A DNA stretch of 64,000 nt from Mobula hypostoma (Eukaryota), in the NCBI RefSeq assembly GCF_963921235.1, contig NC_086107.1, positions 104,038,001-104,102,000 on the forward strand, written 5' to 3'. Positions within the stretch are counted from its first letter, which is position 1; each line of letters starts with the position of its first letter. A program made the position numbers and the translations under genes. Below, one piece after another: positions 52,334-64,000 of the stretch. The notes under the pieces are model-generated. The model worked only from the letters and a program-made list of their open reading frames with translations, was not told where the DNA came from and searched no databases.

Positions 52334-53246
52334 AGCATAGCTAACGTTATTTAAACTAGCTGGCCAACTGCTAAGGAGCTACTCTATTCCAGACATCACA
52401 CCCCTCCCGGAAGTCTCCCGCAAATTGATGGTGCTATCTCCCTGAAATAAGTTTTTGCAGGGTGGAATGTCTGCCTTTAAAACCGCTATTATACTTAAAC
52501 CCTTTGGAGAAAAGATTCTAAACAGGGCTGAGGCCTACTTTATTAGGCCGAGGAGGGATTGGAAAGTGCTGTGCAGTTAAATTAGCCTTCAGGGAGGAGC
52601 ATAAAGGGGTAAATATGCCTATAGACCAAAGTGTGTGACTGCCATTTAGGAATTCAGCAGGACAGGCAATATCTACAGAGAGGAATAAAGAGTCGACATT
52701 TCAGGCCGAGACCCTTCTTCGGGACTGTGGATTTCCAGAATCTGCAGAATCTTTTGTGTTTATGAGTGACTGCCATATCTCAGTATTGAAATCTCCCATT
52801 ATTAGTGTTAGCAATTCTGCACTTATCAAAAGGCTGCACGGGATTACTGTTCAATTACTTATGGAGCGTTTGGAAGGCTGAAGATAAAGAATCCATCCAT
52901 TAGTGTTTACAAGTTAGGCTAGAAGTGTGAGCGGGCACGGGCAGTTGCTGGAACACAGCGGATTTATGGGATGTTGCTGCGTCTACTATCCACACCACCC
53001 ACGCTCTAAGTGAGCGTGCCAACCTTTGATAGGATGTAAACAGAACTGATGCTGGAAATGCAGTACAAGGTCAGAAACTGTTGAGAAGTCTCAGCAGGTC
53101 AGGCGGCATCTGGGGAGAGAGAAGCAGAGTTAATGTTTTGGGTCAAGGAACAATCTGAAGGATTAACTCTGTTTTGCTTTTTATCGATGTTACCTTAGTG
53201 TGTTCCTGTGTTAGCCGGTGAGTTAAAGGCTGTTGAATGCTTCAGA

Positions 53247-53328
53247 CCAGGAGTTCCCAACCTGGGACCCACGGACCCCATGCTTAGTGGTATTGATCCG
53301 TGCCATAAAAAAAGATTGGGAACCCCTG
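53247..53328. mobile_element. About 80-bp hAT-type MITE (related copies near 4190, 13595, 54925, 61740)
   Basis: TIR caggagttcccaa / ttgggaacccctg with imperfect 8-bp TSD cttcagac / ctttagat. Confidence 0.7.
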
Positions 53329-53529
53329 CTTTAGATGCTTGAGAAGTAGATTCAAGCCCCTGAATCGGACTCCCACCCACTTTCTAGGTTAAAAGACAAG
53401 TGCTTAACCCACTGCCCCAAGAATTTCGTGAATTAGTGAGGTGTGACGGTGATGTTTCTTTGCCTGGAAACCATGCATCTGGTTCCATAAATCATTCTAA
53501 ATCTTACCCCACCCCATTCTCATTCTCAG

Positions 53530-53691
53530 CTACGTCGCTGGAAAAGGTGCGGGGGTTTCGAGAAAAACAACTTGGAGTGTGGAGCCCAAGAGCGGACAAG
53601 AAGACAATGAAACTTCACAGAACATCACAAAAGCATTGCAGTGTCTTGGGGAAGTGCAGAGACGTTTAGACAATGACCCTGAATTCAATCA
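53530..53691 (+). CDS. Uncharacterised UBZ-finger gene, 162-nt exon copy 1
   Basis: cattctcattctcag acceptor and gtaagt donor. Only the phase 2-2 frame is open: YVAGKGAGVSRKTTWSVEPKSGQEDNETSQNITKALQCLGEVQRRLDNDPEFN. Confidence 0.72.
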
Positions 53692-54103
53692 GTAAGTTAA
53701 TGAACATCAATAGTACAAAGTCTTAGCCATTCTTTAGTTTTTGTTTCCTTTTCGGCACGGACTAGAAGGGCCGAGATGGCCTGTTTCCGTGCTGTAATTG
53801 TTATATGGTTATATGTTATATGTGGTTTTGAACTTCCTTCAGTGAGATCTCACCCAGTGGTGTGTGCCTGCATCCCAGGGGAAGATTTCTAGGTAGGTTA
53901 ATGGCGAGGAGCGAAGGAAATTCCCAACTGGCACTTGCAACAGGTTCACTGCTGATCTGTGAGAGTGGCGACTCTGCCAGCCAGAGCTAATTTTAAATTG
54001 AAAAACATTCAAAATTTGCATGTAAATGAACAAGCCAATTAATAATCCAAAATCAGAAATAAAATACTGTGGACACAAGAGGGACTGCAGATGCTGAAAA
54101 TCT

Positions 54104-54806
54104 AGAGCTAAGGTACCGGTGACCCCTGTTTCCATCCAGGGGGTCAGTGTGGACATGGTGGAGGATTACAAATACCTAGGGATACGAATTGACAATAAAC
54201 TGGACTGGTCAAAGAACACTGAGGCTGTCTACAAGAAGGGTCAGAGCCGTCTCTATTTCCTGAGGAGACTGAGGTCCTTTAACATCTGCCGGACGATGCT
54301 GAGGATGTTCTACGAGTCTGTGGTGGCCAGTGCTATCATGTTTGCTGTTGTGTGCTGGGGCAGCAGGCTGAGGGTAGCAGACACCAACAGAATCAACAAA
54401 CTCATTCGTAAGGCCAGTGATGTTGTGGGGATGGAACTGGACTCTCTGACGGTGGTGTCTGAAAAGAGGATGCTGTCCAAGTTGCATGCCATCTTGGACA
54501 ATGTCTCCCATCCACTACATAACGTACTGGATGGGCACAGGAGTACATTCAGCCAGAGACTCATTCCACCGAGATGCAGCACAGAGCGTCATAGGAAGTC
54601 ATTCCTGCCTGTGGCCATCAAACTTTACAACTCCTCCCTTGGAGAGTCAGACACCCTGAGCCAATAGGCTGGTCCTGGACTTATTTCCTGGCATAATTTA
54701 CATATTACTATTTAACTATTTATGGTTTATTACTATTTAATTATTTATGGTGCAACTGTAACAAAAACCAATTTCCCCCGGGATCAATAAAGTCTGACTA
54801 TGACTA
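54104..54806 (+). mobile_element. Rex1/Babar-like LINE 3' fragment
   Basis: ORF 54119-54667, near-identical to the other copies. Confidence 0.92.
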
Positions 54807-55580
54807 CACACAATGTGCTGGAGGAGCTCAGCAGGTCAGGCAGCATCTGTGGATGGGAATAAACAGTTAACGTTTCTCTCTCCTTCGTGCTTCTATGATT
54901 TTACATCAAACTAACAATCAAGAGCAGGAATTCCCAGCCTGACCCCTCAATTAATGGTAGGGGGTCCACGGTATTAAAAAAAATGTTGGGACCCCCTGAT
55001 CTACAGGCCAAGGTTCTGAAATATGTCTGTGTTCTGATGAAGTGTCCTCAGAAACACATTCCAGTGTTCACTTTTTCTCTCATTTCCCTTCTAGCATTTA
55101 AATTTAATTTGTTGTCTCCTATTTGCTCCTCCTCAGAGTCTCCTTCAGTTACTCACCAGCTCTCACCCCCCCTCTTTCCTTGACTTTGTCTCATTCATTC
55201 TCTCCTGGTCTCCCTCCAAACCCTGACCTTCCCTCTTCTCTGGAATGTAACTTATCTTATTTCTAAAATTTTCCAGTTCTCCTGAAAGTTCATTAATTCA
55301 AAATGTTAATCCTGTTTCTTGAAAGTCATTATCTTTTTAAAAAGATGTATTGTATAAACTCTAAACTCTGTTTACAGATTCTCTGTCCACCTCCCCCTCT
55401 CAGTCTCCCTCACATTCTCACTCTCCTTCACCTTCTGCGTCGGAATCTTCTTTTGAAAAGATAAAGATTGGCTTTATTTGTCACATGTACAATGAAACAT
55501 CCAACAAATGCGTTGTTTGCATCAAATCAAGTCGGCGAGGATTGTACTGGGCAGCCTGCAAATGTCACCATCCAGTGCCA

Positions 55581-56410
55581 ATAGTCATAGTCATAGTCAT
55601 ACTTTATTGATCCCGGGGGAAATTGGTTTTCGTTACAGTTGCATCATAAATAATAAATAGTAATAAACCATAAATAGTTAAATAGTAAAAAGTAAATTAT
55701 GCCAGGAAATAAGTCCAGGACCAGCCTATTGGCTCAGGGTGTCTGACCCTCCAAGGGAGGAGTTGTAAAGTTTGATGGCCACAGGCAGGAATGACTTCCT
55801 ATGACGCTCTGTGCTGCATCTCGGTGGAATGAGTCTCTGGCTGAATGTACTCCTGTGCCCACCCAGTACATTACGGGAGACATTGTCCAAGATGGCATGC
55901 AACTTGGACAGCATCCTCTTTTCAGACACCACCGTGAGAGAGTCCAGTTCCATCCCCACAACATCACTGGCCTTACAAATGAGTTTGTTGATTCTGTTGG
56001 TGTCTGCTACCCTCAGCCCGCTGCCCCAGCACACAACAGCAAACATGATCGCACTGGCCACCACAGACTCGTAAAACATCCTCAGCATCATCCGGCAGAT
56101 GTTAAAGGACCTCAGTCTCCTCAGGAAATAGAGACGGCTCTGACCCTTCTTGTAGACAGCCTCAGTGTTCTTTGAGCAGTCCAGTTTATTGTCAATTCGT
56201 ATCCCCAGGTATTTGTAATATTCCACCATGTCCACACTGAGCCCCTGGATGGAAACAGGGGTCACTGGTACCTTAGCTCTCCTCAGGTCCACTACCAGCT
56301 CCTTAGTCTTTTTCACAATAAGCTGCAGATAATTCTGCTCACACCATGTGACAAAGTTTCCTACCGTAGCCCTGTACTCAGCCTCATCTCCCTTGCTGAT
56401 GCATCCAACT
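55581..56410 (-). mobile_element. Rex1/Babar-like LINE 3' fragment
   Basis: ORF 56316-55726; (GACTAT)n tail. Confidence 0.92.
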
Positions 56411-56891
56411 CACAGCTTACTAACCCTAACTGGACACCTTTGGAATGTGGGAGGAGACCAGAGCACCCGGAGGAAATGAGAACATACAAACTCCTTCCAG
56501 ACAGCTGTGGGGATTGAAGGGACATCGCTGGCACTGTAATAATGTTACGCTAACCGCTAAGCCACTATGCCGCCCCTGTATGATGCATGTATAGATAGGG
56601 CGGCAAGGTAGTGTAGTGGTTAGCACAACGCTTTACAGTACAGTACCCACCGCCACCTGTAAGGAGTTTGTACCTTCTCGCCGTGACTATGTGAGTTTCT
56701 TCCTGGTGCTTCGAGTTCCACTTCAATCCTGTGCGTAGGAGCCTCCATAGCAGTCAGTGATGCAAGCACCATACATCTATAGAGATTCTGTAGAGTGTTT
56801 AGTGACGTATCAAAAGTTCCCAAAATCCTAATGATGTATAGCCACTGGCGTGCATTCTTCACCATTGCAACAATATAGAAACCGTAGCAGC

Positions 56892-57815
56892 CATAGAAAA
56901 ACTACAATACAGAAACAGGCCTTTTGGCCCTTCTTGGCTGTGCCGAACCATTTTCTGCCTAGTCCCACTGACCTGCACACGGACCACATCCCTCCGTACA
57001 CCTCCCATCCATGTATCTGTCCAATTTATTCTTAAATGTTAAAAAAGAACCCGCATTTACCACCTCGTCTGGCAGCTCATTCCATACTCCCACCACTCTC
57101 TGTGTGAAGAAGCCCCCCCTAATGTTCCCTTTAAACTTTTCCCCCCTCACCCTTAACCCATGTCCTCTGGTTTTTTTTCTCCCCTTGCCTCAGTGGAAAA
57201 AGCCTGCTTGCATTCACTCTATCTATACCCATCATAATTTTATATACCTCTGTCAAATCTCCCCTCATTCTTCTACGCTCCAGGGAATAAAGTCCTAACC
57301 TATTCAACCTTTCTCTGTAACTGAGTTTCTCAAGTCCTGGCAACATCCTTGTAAACCTTCTCTGCACTCTTTCAACCTTATTAATATCCTTCCTGTAATT
57401 GGGTGACCAAAACTGTACACAATATTCCAGATTCGGCCTCACCAATGCCTTATACAACCTCATCATAATATTCCAGCTCTTATACTCAATACTTTGATTA
57501 ATAAAGGCCAATGTACCAAAAGCTCTCTTTACGACCCTATCTACCTGTGACGCCACTTTTAGGGAATTTTGTATCTGTATTCCAAGATCCCTCTGTTCTA
57601 CTGCACTCCTCAGTGCCTTACCATTAACCCTGTATGTTCTACCTTGGTTTGTCCTTCCAAAGTGCAATATCTCACACTTGTCTATATTAAACTCCATCTG
57701 CCATTTTTCAGCCCATTTTTCCAGCTGGTCTAAATCCCTCTGCAAGCTTTGAAAACCTTCCTCACTGTCCACTACACCTCCAATCTTTGTATCATCAGCA
57801 AATTTGCTGATCCAG
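56892..57815 (-). mobile_element. CR1/HER1 LINE 3' fragment
   Basis: WISKFADDTKIGG..RPNLEYCVQFWSP, with a frameshift near 57170. Confidence 0.92.
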
Positions 57816-58424
57816 TTGTTGTACTTCTCCAAATAAGTTGGACCCTGATAGATCCTCTGAAGAATTGACACCCAGCAACTTGAAGCTGTCTGGACTATTT
57901 AATACCTTAAGATATAGGAGCAGAATTAGGCCATTTGGCCCATAGAGATTGCACCAACATTTGCTGATCCAATTTTCCTCTCAGCCCCAGTCTCCTGCCC
58001 TCTCCCCGTATCCCTTCATGTCCTGACCAATCAGGAATCTGTCAACCTCTGCCTTAAATATACCCGATGACTCGGCCTCCGCGGCCGCCTGTGGCAAAGG
58101 ATTCCCCAGAATCACCACTCTCTGGCTACAGAATTCCTCCTCATCTTCGTTTTAAATGGACACACCTCTACCTTAATGTTTTTCTTTGGGCGGGTTGGTT
58201 CCGCGGTTCGTTGTTTCGTGACTGTCTGCCAGGAAGACGAATTTCAGGGTTGTATACTTTGATAATAAGTGTACTCTGAATCCTTGAACAAAGCAGTTCG
58301 TGCTTGGAAGCAACAAAATGTAGCCAAATTGGGGTGTGGAGTAGTAAGTAAGAAGTAATCTTCAAGTCCTTTAGGGGGTCAGTCAATGAGAATCTCCAAC
58401 AAGAGAGAGTCTAACTACCTTTGA

Positions 58425-58895
58425 CATCTGACCTCCAACCTGATGGCATGAACATTGACTTCTCTAACTTCCACTACTGCCCCACCTCCCCCTCGTACCC
58501 CATCCGTTATTTATTTATATGCACACATTCTTTCTCTCTCTCTCCTTTTTCTCCCTCTGTCCCTCTGACTATACCCCTTGCCCATCCTCTGGGGTTTTTT
58601 CCTTCTCCCTGGGCCTCCTGTCCCATGATCCTGTCATATCCCTTTTGCCAATCACCTGTCCAGTTCTTGGCTCCATCCCTCCCTCTCCTGTCTTCTCCTA
58701 TCATTTTGGATATCCCCCTCCCCCTCCCACTTTCAAATAACTTACTAGCTCTTCCTTCAGTTAGTCCTGACGAAGGGTCTCGGCCCGAAACGTCGACTGT
58801 ACCTCTTCCTAGAGACGCTGCCTGGCCTGCTGCGTTCACCAGCAACTTTGATGTGTGTTGCTTGAATTTCCAGCATCTGCAGAATTCCTCGTGTT
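58425..58895 (+). mobile_element. Penelope-like element 3' end with intact hammerhead motif (58761-58800)
   Basis: LQPDGMNIDFSNF; ttagtcCTGACGAagggtctcggcccGAAAcgtcgactgt. Confidence 0.88.
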
Positions 58896-58944
58896 TACCT
58901 TTGACACCTAACTGTGTTATCATCAGTGAGATATCCACCATCCT

Positions 58945-59445
58945 CAGAAGCACAACGCTTCACGGTATCAGTGACCTGGGTTCAATTCCCACCGCTGCCT
59001 GTAAGGAGTTTGTACGTTCTCCCCGTCACCGTGTGGGTTTCCTCCGGGTGCTCCGGTTTCCTCCCACAGTCCAAAGTCCAAAGGTTGGTACATTAATTGG
59101 TCATTGTAAATTGTGCTGTGATTAGCCTAGGGTTAAATCAAGGGTTCACACGAGGAAATCTGCAGATGCTGGAACTTCAAGCAACACACATAAAAGTTGC
59201 TGATGAACGCAGCAGGCCAGGCAGCATCTCTAGGAAGAGGTACAGTCGACGTTTCAGACCGAGACCCTCTGTCAGGACTAACTGAAAGAAGAGCTAGTAA
59301 GAGATTCTTTCAGTTAGTCCTGACGAAGGGTCTCGGCCTGAAACGTCGACTGTACCTCTTCCTAGAGATGCTTAAATCAAGGGTTGCTGGGCAGTGTGAC
59401 TCAAAAGGGCCGGAAGGGGCTGTCTGTGCTGTAAATCAATAAGTG
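58945..59445 (+). mobile_element. V-SINE (HE1-like) interrupted by a PLE fold-back insertion; related copies near 9100, 39370, 40900, 42400, 44020, 56410
   Basis: B box ggttcaattcc and V-domain ggagtttgtacgttctccccgt..tttcctccgggtgctccggtttcctcccaca. Confidence 0.8.
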
Positions 59446-61991
59446 AATGAACAAACAATCATCTAAAACTTTGGACGAAGAGTTGGCTATTCAAGCCTGC
59501 TGCACCACCCAGTAAGATTGTGACTAATCTAAATTTGGGCTCAGCTCCATTTTCCAGCCTGTTCCTCAGACCTTTCAGCTGTGCGTCCTTCGTCTTTTTT
59601 TACAAGACACTGCTGGATATTAAGCACATCAAGTGCGGCCGGTCTACCTCACTAGCGAGTTGCGGGATAGCAATGGAACTGGACGTGTTGCCCCTGCTGC
59701 AGCCACCCAGGCAGTGTGCGGTCCAACGAACAGTGGAAATGTTTGGCTCGGATGTTTTCGTTGCGGACGTTGGTAATGTAGAATACTGTGAGTCCGACTT
59801 ACTGGGTCATTGGCGACACCGGAGGGGAAGCTGTGTTCCCTCGGTTGTCACACAGACAAGGCCCATGAGCCCCGGGGTCGCCGGCGACGGAGGCTGCCGG
59901 AGTTGGCTGTCTGCTGCTGGATGCCACTCTGCTGGTGCTGCCCTCTAGTGCTCACTCTGTGGAAGACAAGCTGGATTGCACATGCGCAAAACGAGGAATT
60001 TCTGCAGCTTGTTCTTGCAAAAATGTGTTTCCAGGACAACACGACTGCACCATCAATCTACAGGCCATGACATTCAGAGACTTGGGCTATTTTTAAAAAA
60101 AAATTACTGTGTATTTTTCTGCTATCATAATTGTATGTGCTATGAGGCTGTTGGTTCTGTGTTTTGCACCCAGAGGAACACTGTTTCATTTGGCTGTATG
60201 GTTGAACATGACAATTAAACTTGAACTTCCTTGTAGTCCAAGAATATGCTCACCACATCCTGAATCTATTCAATGACCCAGCCTCCACAACCTCCGGAGT
60301 GGAGAATTTGTGGCCCCCTGATGGAAGAAATTCTTCTGCATCTCTGTCTTAAATTGGTGAAATCTTATTCCAAAATGATGCTTCATAATCCTGGCGTCCT
60401 CAACAAACAGATGCAGCCTGTCAAGCCTCATCGCCATCTGGCATTTCTCTCTGCAGATGCTGCCTGACCCACCGAGCCCCTCTGGCTGTGTGTGCATTGC
60501 ACCACATTCCCAGGGTCTGCAGTCTCCCATGTCTCCTCGTAATCTCACCTGTTTCAATCAGACCACCTCTTATTCCAATTTCCAAATCAGTTTGGGTCCA
60601 GTCTGGTCAATTGTTCTTCATGAGCTAACTCCTGCAACTCGGAAATCCACCAAATGGTGCTCCTTATCCAATGCAAGGATATCCACGGATACGGAAGCTA
60701 AGACTGTATGTCATCATTAATCCATCACCGTGTGCAAATGTAGGAAGCCTGAAGTCTTTTCTTTAATGACAAGGACAATACATTTGTTTGCTTTCCTGTT
60801 TGCTGTACCTGCACACTAACCTCGCGTTCCCTTCCTGGACCCGGCATGTAAATGCAATTGTGATGAAAGTATGGCAGCACCTCTACATCCTTAGGAGTTT
60901 GCAGAGATTTGGTATGACATCAAAAACTTCTTTGGATGTGTGGTGGAGAGTGTATTTATTGACTGGCTGCGTCATGGCCTGATATGGAATCACCAATGCC
61001 TTTGAATGGAAAATCCTACAAAAAGGTAGTGGATTAGACAACAGACAATAGACAGTGGGTGCAGGAGTAGGCCATTCAGCCCTTCGAGCCAGCACCACCA
61101 TTCACTGTGATCATGGCTGATCATCCACAATCACTCCCTCAATAGCTAGAATGTCCTTCCTCAGGTTTGGATTCGGCCCAGTACATCACGGGTAACGTCC
61201 TCCCAACCATAGAGCACATCTACATGAAACGCTGTCGTAGGAAAGCAGCATCCATCATCAGAGATCCCCACCACTCTTTTCTTGCTGCTGCCATCAGGAA
61301 GAAGGCGCAAGAGCCTCAGGACCTCCACCACCAGATTCAATAACAATTACTGCCCCTTAACCATCAGGGTGGATAACTACACCCACTTGCCCATCCACTG
61401 AGATGTTCCCACAGCCAATTGTGTTCTACACTCTAGCTGATCTTTCATTGATCCTGTTATAGTTTCCAACCGGACCGTGCAGTGGCGGCCCTGGACGTGC
61501 GTGGTGTGGCTGCCTCATCGTCGTATCAGCCGCCTGCCAGAATAAAGAGCTGCCAATGCCGTCCCGAGGAGTAGAGATGGAGAGGCTCAGCAGGTCAGAC
61601 GGCATCTGGGGAGAGAGAAGCAGAGTTAATGTTTTGGGTCAAGGAGCAATGTGAAGGATTAACTCGGTTCTGCTTTTTATTGATGTTGCCTTAGTGTGTT
61701 CCTGTGTTAGCCGGTGAGTTAAGGCTGCCTAGTGCTTCAGACCAGTTCCCAACCCGGGATCCACGGACCCCTTGCTTAATGGTAAAAAAGGATTGGGAAC
61801 CCCTGCATTAGATGCTTGAGAAGTGGATACAAGCCCCTGGATTGGACTGCAACCCACTTTCTATGCTAAAAGACAAGTGTTGAACCCACTGCCCCAAGAC
61901 AGTTCATGACTCAGCAGTGTGACGGTGAGGTTTATTACTGTGCCTGGAAATCATTCTAAATCCACCCCCCACCCCCCATTCTCATTCTCAG

Positions 61992-62153
61992 CTACGTCAA
62001 CGGGAAAGACTCCGTGCTTCCAATAACAATGACTTCGAGTGTGGAGCCCAAGAGCAGACAAGAAGACAATGAAACTACACAGGACAAAGAAAAAATAGTG
62101 CAGTATCTTGGGGAAGTGCAGAGATGTTTAGACAACGACCCTGAATTAAATCA
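61992..62153 (+). CDS. Uncharacterised UBZ-finger gene, 162-nt exon copy 2
   Basis: Same splice sites, length and frame as copy 1: YVNGKDSVLPITMTSSVEPKSRQEDNETTQDKEKIVQYLGEVQRCLDNDPELN. Confidence 0.72.
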
Positions 62154-63040
62154 GTAAGTTAACGAACATCGATAGTACAAAGTCTTGGCCATTCTTTAGT
62201 TTTTGTTTCCTTTTGAACTTCCTTCAGTGAGATCTCACCCAGTGGTGTGTGCCTGCATCCCAGGGGAAGATTTCTGGGTAGGTTAATGGCGAGGAACAAA
62301 GGAAATTCCCAACTGAGATCTGAGAGGTTTGATGAGATTTGGCTTGTCACCTAAAACACTCAAAAACTTCTATAGATGTACTGTGGAGAGCATTCTGACA
62401 GGCTGCATCACTCTCTGGTATGGGGGGGGGGTGGGCACCTACTGCACAGGACCGAAAGAAGCTACAGAAAGTTACAAAATTAGTCAGCTCCCTCTCAGAT
62501 ACTAGCCTCCATAGCATCCAAGACATCTTCAAGGAGTGATGCCTGAGAAAGGTAGCGTCCACTTAAGGGCCACAGGACATGCCTCTCATTGTTATCGTCA
62601 GGAAGGAGGTACAGAAGCCTGAAGGCACACACTCAGCAATTCAGAAACTGCCTATTCCCCTCTGCCGTCCGATTCCTAAATGGAGATTGAACCTATGAAC
62701 GCTACCTCATTTAAAAATATTATTTTGCACTCTTTTTAGTTTAACTATTTATTATACATATATATTTATTTATATCTGCATTTGCACAGGTTGTTGTCTT
62801 CTGCACCTTGGTTGATCTTGTTATAGTTACTATTCTATAGATTTGCTGAGTGTGCCTGCAGGAATTTGGATCTCAGCGTTGTATGTGGTGACTTTGATAA
62901 TAAATTTATTTGAACTTTGAACAAGGAACCTCCAACCAGACTGTGGAGTGGTTGCCCTGGACGTGTCTGGTGCCAGATTAAAGAGCTGCCAATGCCGTCC
63001 TGAGGAATAGAGATCTCATGGTTTCTTTGTTATTCTGCAG

Positions 63041-63182
63041 AGCTTTAGATCCCCTCCTGAGGTGCAGCAGGCCCCTGGAAATTCTGCAGATCTTGATAAA
63101 GAACATATTTGGCAAAGCTACAGGCACCAGTGTCACCCCATTTGCCCTTTTCTTCTACCTGTCAAAAATGTTTTTGCCGAGG
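63041..63182 (+). CDS. Uncharacterised UBZ-finger gene, 142-nt exon (gene continues beyond the window)
   Basis: tttctttgttattctgcag acceptor and AGG|gtgagt donor, phase 2-0. ALDPLLRCSRPLEILQILIKNIFGKATGTSVTPFALFFYLSKMFLPR. Confidence 0.7.
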
Positions 63183-63649
63183 GTGAGTACATATCATTAT
63201 ATCATCAACTCTGCCTTGCATTAGTGTGTGGATGTCATCCAAGATAGCGTCTTGGGAGCATCGGGAGGGTGGTTGGTTAACATAAAGAGAAACGTAGATC
63301 TAACTTTTGCTGTGTATTTTTTGATGCTGCCGTGCAGAGGCGGCTCTATCCAACTGATCGAATGTTTGGGGCGGTACAGGGAAACTAAAGAGAGCTTTAT
63401 CGTGTAGTTGGTCTGGTGGTAGACCAGACTCTGGAGCTGCTGTATAAACACCCAATCAAGTTCATTCAATTGTTATTCAATCATGCACATGTACACAGCT
63501 AAGTGAAAGTTGGCTCCTCGTGGCCAAGGTACAAAACACAGTTCATTCCCTGGTGCTGAAATCTAAGCTTAGAGTTAAGTAGAGCACCAAGCTTTAAAGA
63601 GTCCAATTCAGCCTGGGACCAGCTCAGCTGAGTGGAATACACTGGCTTT

Positions 63650-64000
63650 GGAGGTGATGCAGAGGAGGTTCACCAGCCTGATTCCAGAGATGAGGGGGTT
63701 TGACTATGAGAAGAGATTGAGTCGCCCGGGACTGTACTCACTGGAATTCAGAAGAATAAGAAGAGATGCTATAGAAATATATAAAATTATGAAAGGGGTA
63801 GATAAGGTAGAGGCAGGAAAGTTGTTTCCACTGGTAGGTGAGACTAGAACTAGGGGACATAGCCTCAAGATTCGGGGGAGTAGATTTAGGACGGAGATGA
63901 GGAGGAACTGCTTTTCCCAGAGGGTGGTGAATCTGTGGAATTCTCTGCCCAATGAAGCCGTGGAGGCTGCCTCAGTAAATATATTTAAGACAAGGTTGGA
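63650..64000 (+). mobile_element. CR1 3' fragment running off the window
   Basis: QRRFTSLIPEMRG..LEFRR..YKIMKG..FSQRVVNLWNSLP. Confidence 0.88.

Larger units (their letters stand above)
50450..52473. mobile_element. Non-autonomous DNA transposon carrying two nested retroelements
   Basis: TIRs cagacatcccacc / ggtggaatgtctg with a 6-bp direct repeat ccttta on both sides. Confidence 0.75.

Overview
Vertebrate genomic DNA, most likely a cartilaginous fish such as a ray (inferred from the repeat content). It is dominated by CR1/HER1 and Rex1/Babar-like LINEs, Penelope-like fragments carrying minimal hammerhead ribozyme motifs, V-SINEs and a few DNA transposons. Three spliced host genes can be read by hand and are mostly missed by the ORF track. 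(1) The last two exons of a canonical cytidine deaminase (CDA, + strand, 2115-2538). (2) A complete four-exon, 134-aa CDA paralogue on the - strand (30269-25663). It keeps the three zinc cysteines and catalytic glutamate but has replaced most substrate-pocket residues. (3) An uncharacterised + strand gene with two UBZ4-type CX2CX11HX3C zinc-finger exons and a tandemly duplicated 162-nt exon whose copies differ at 20 of 53 amino acids; it runs off the window end. A CpG-rich probable first exon at about 20.3-20.45 kb lies between a 46-bp minisatellite and a 1.6-kb C-rich/G-rich array. If it belongs to gene 3, the CDA paralogue is nested antisense in an intron. Gene models are manual and unverified by transcript data, and most repeat boundaries are approximate.
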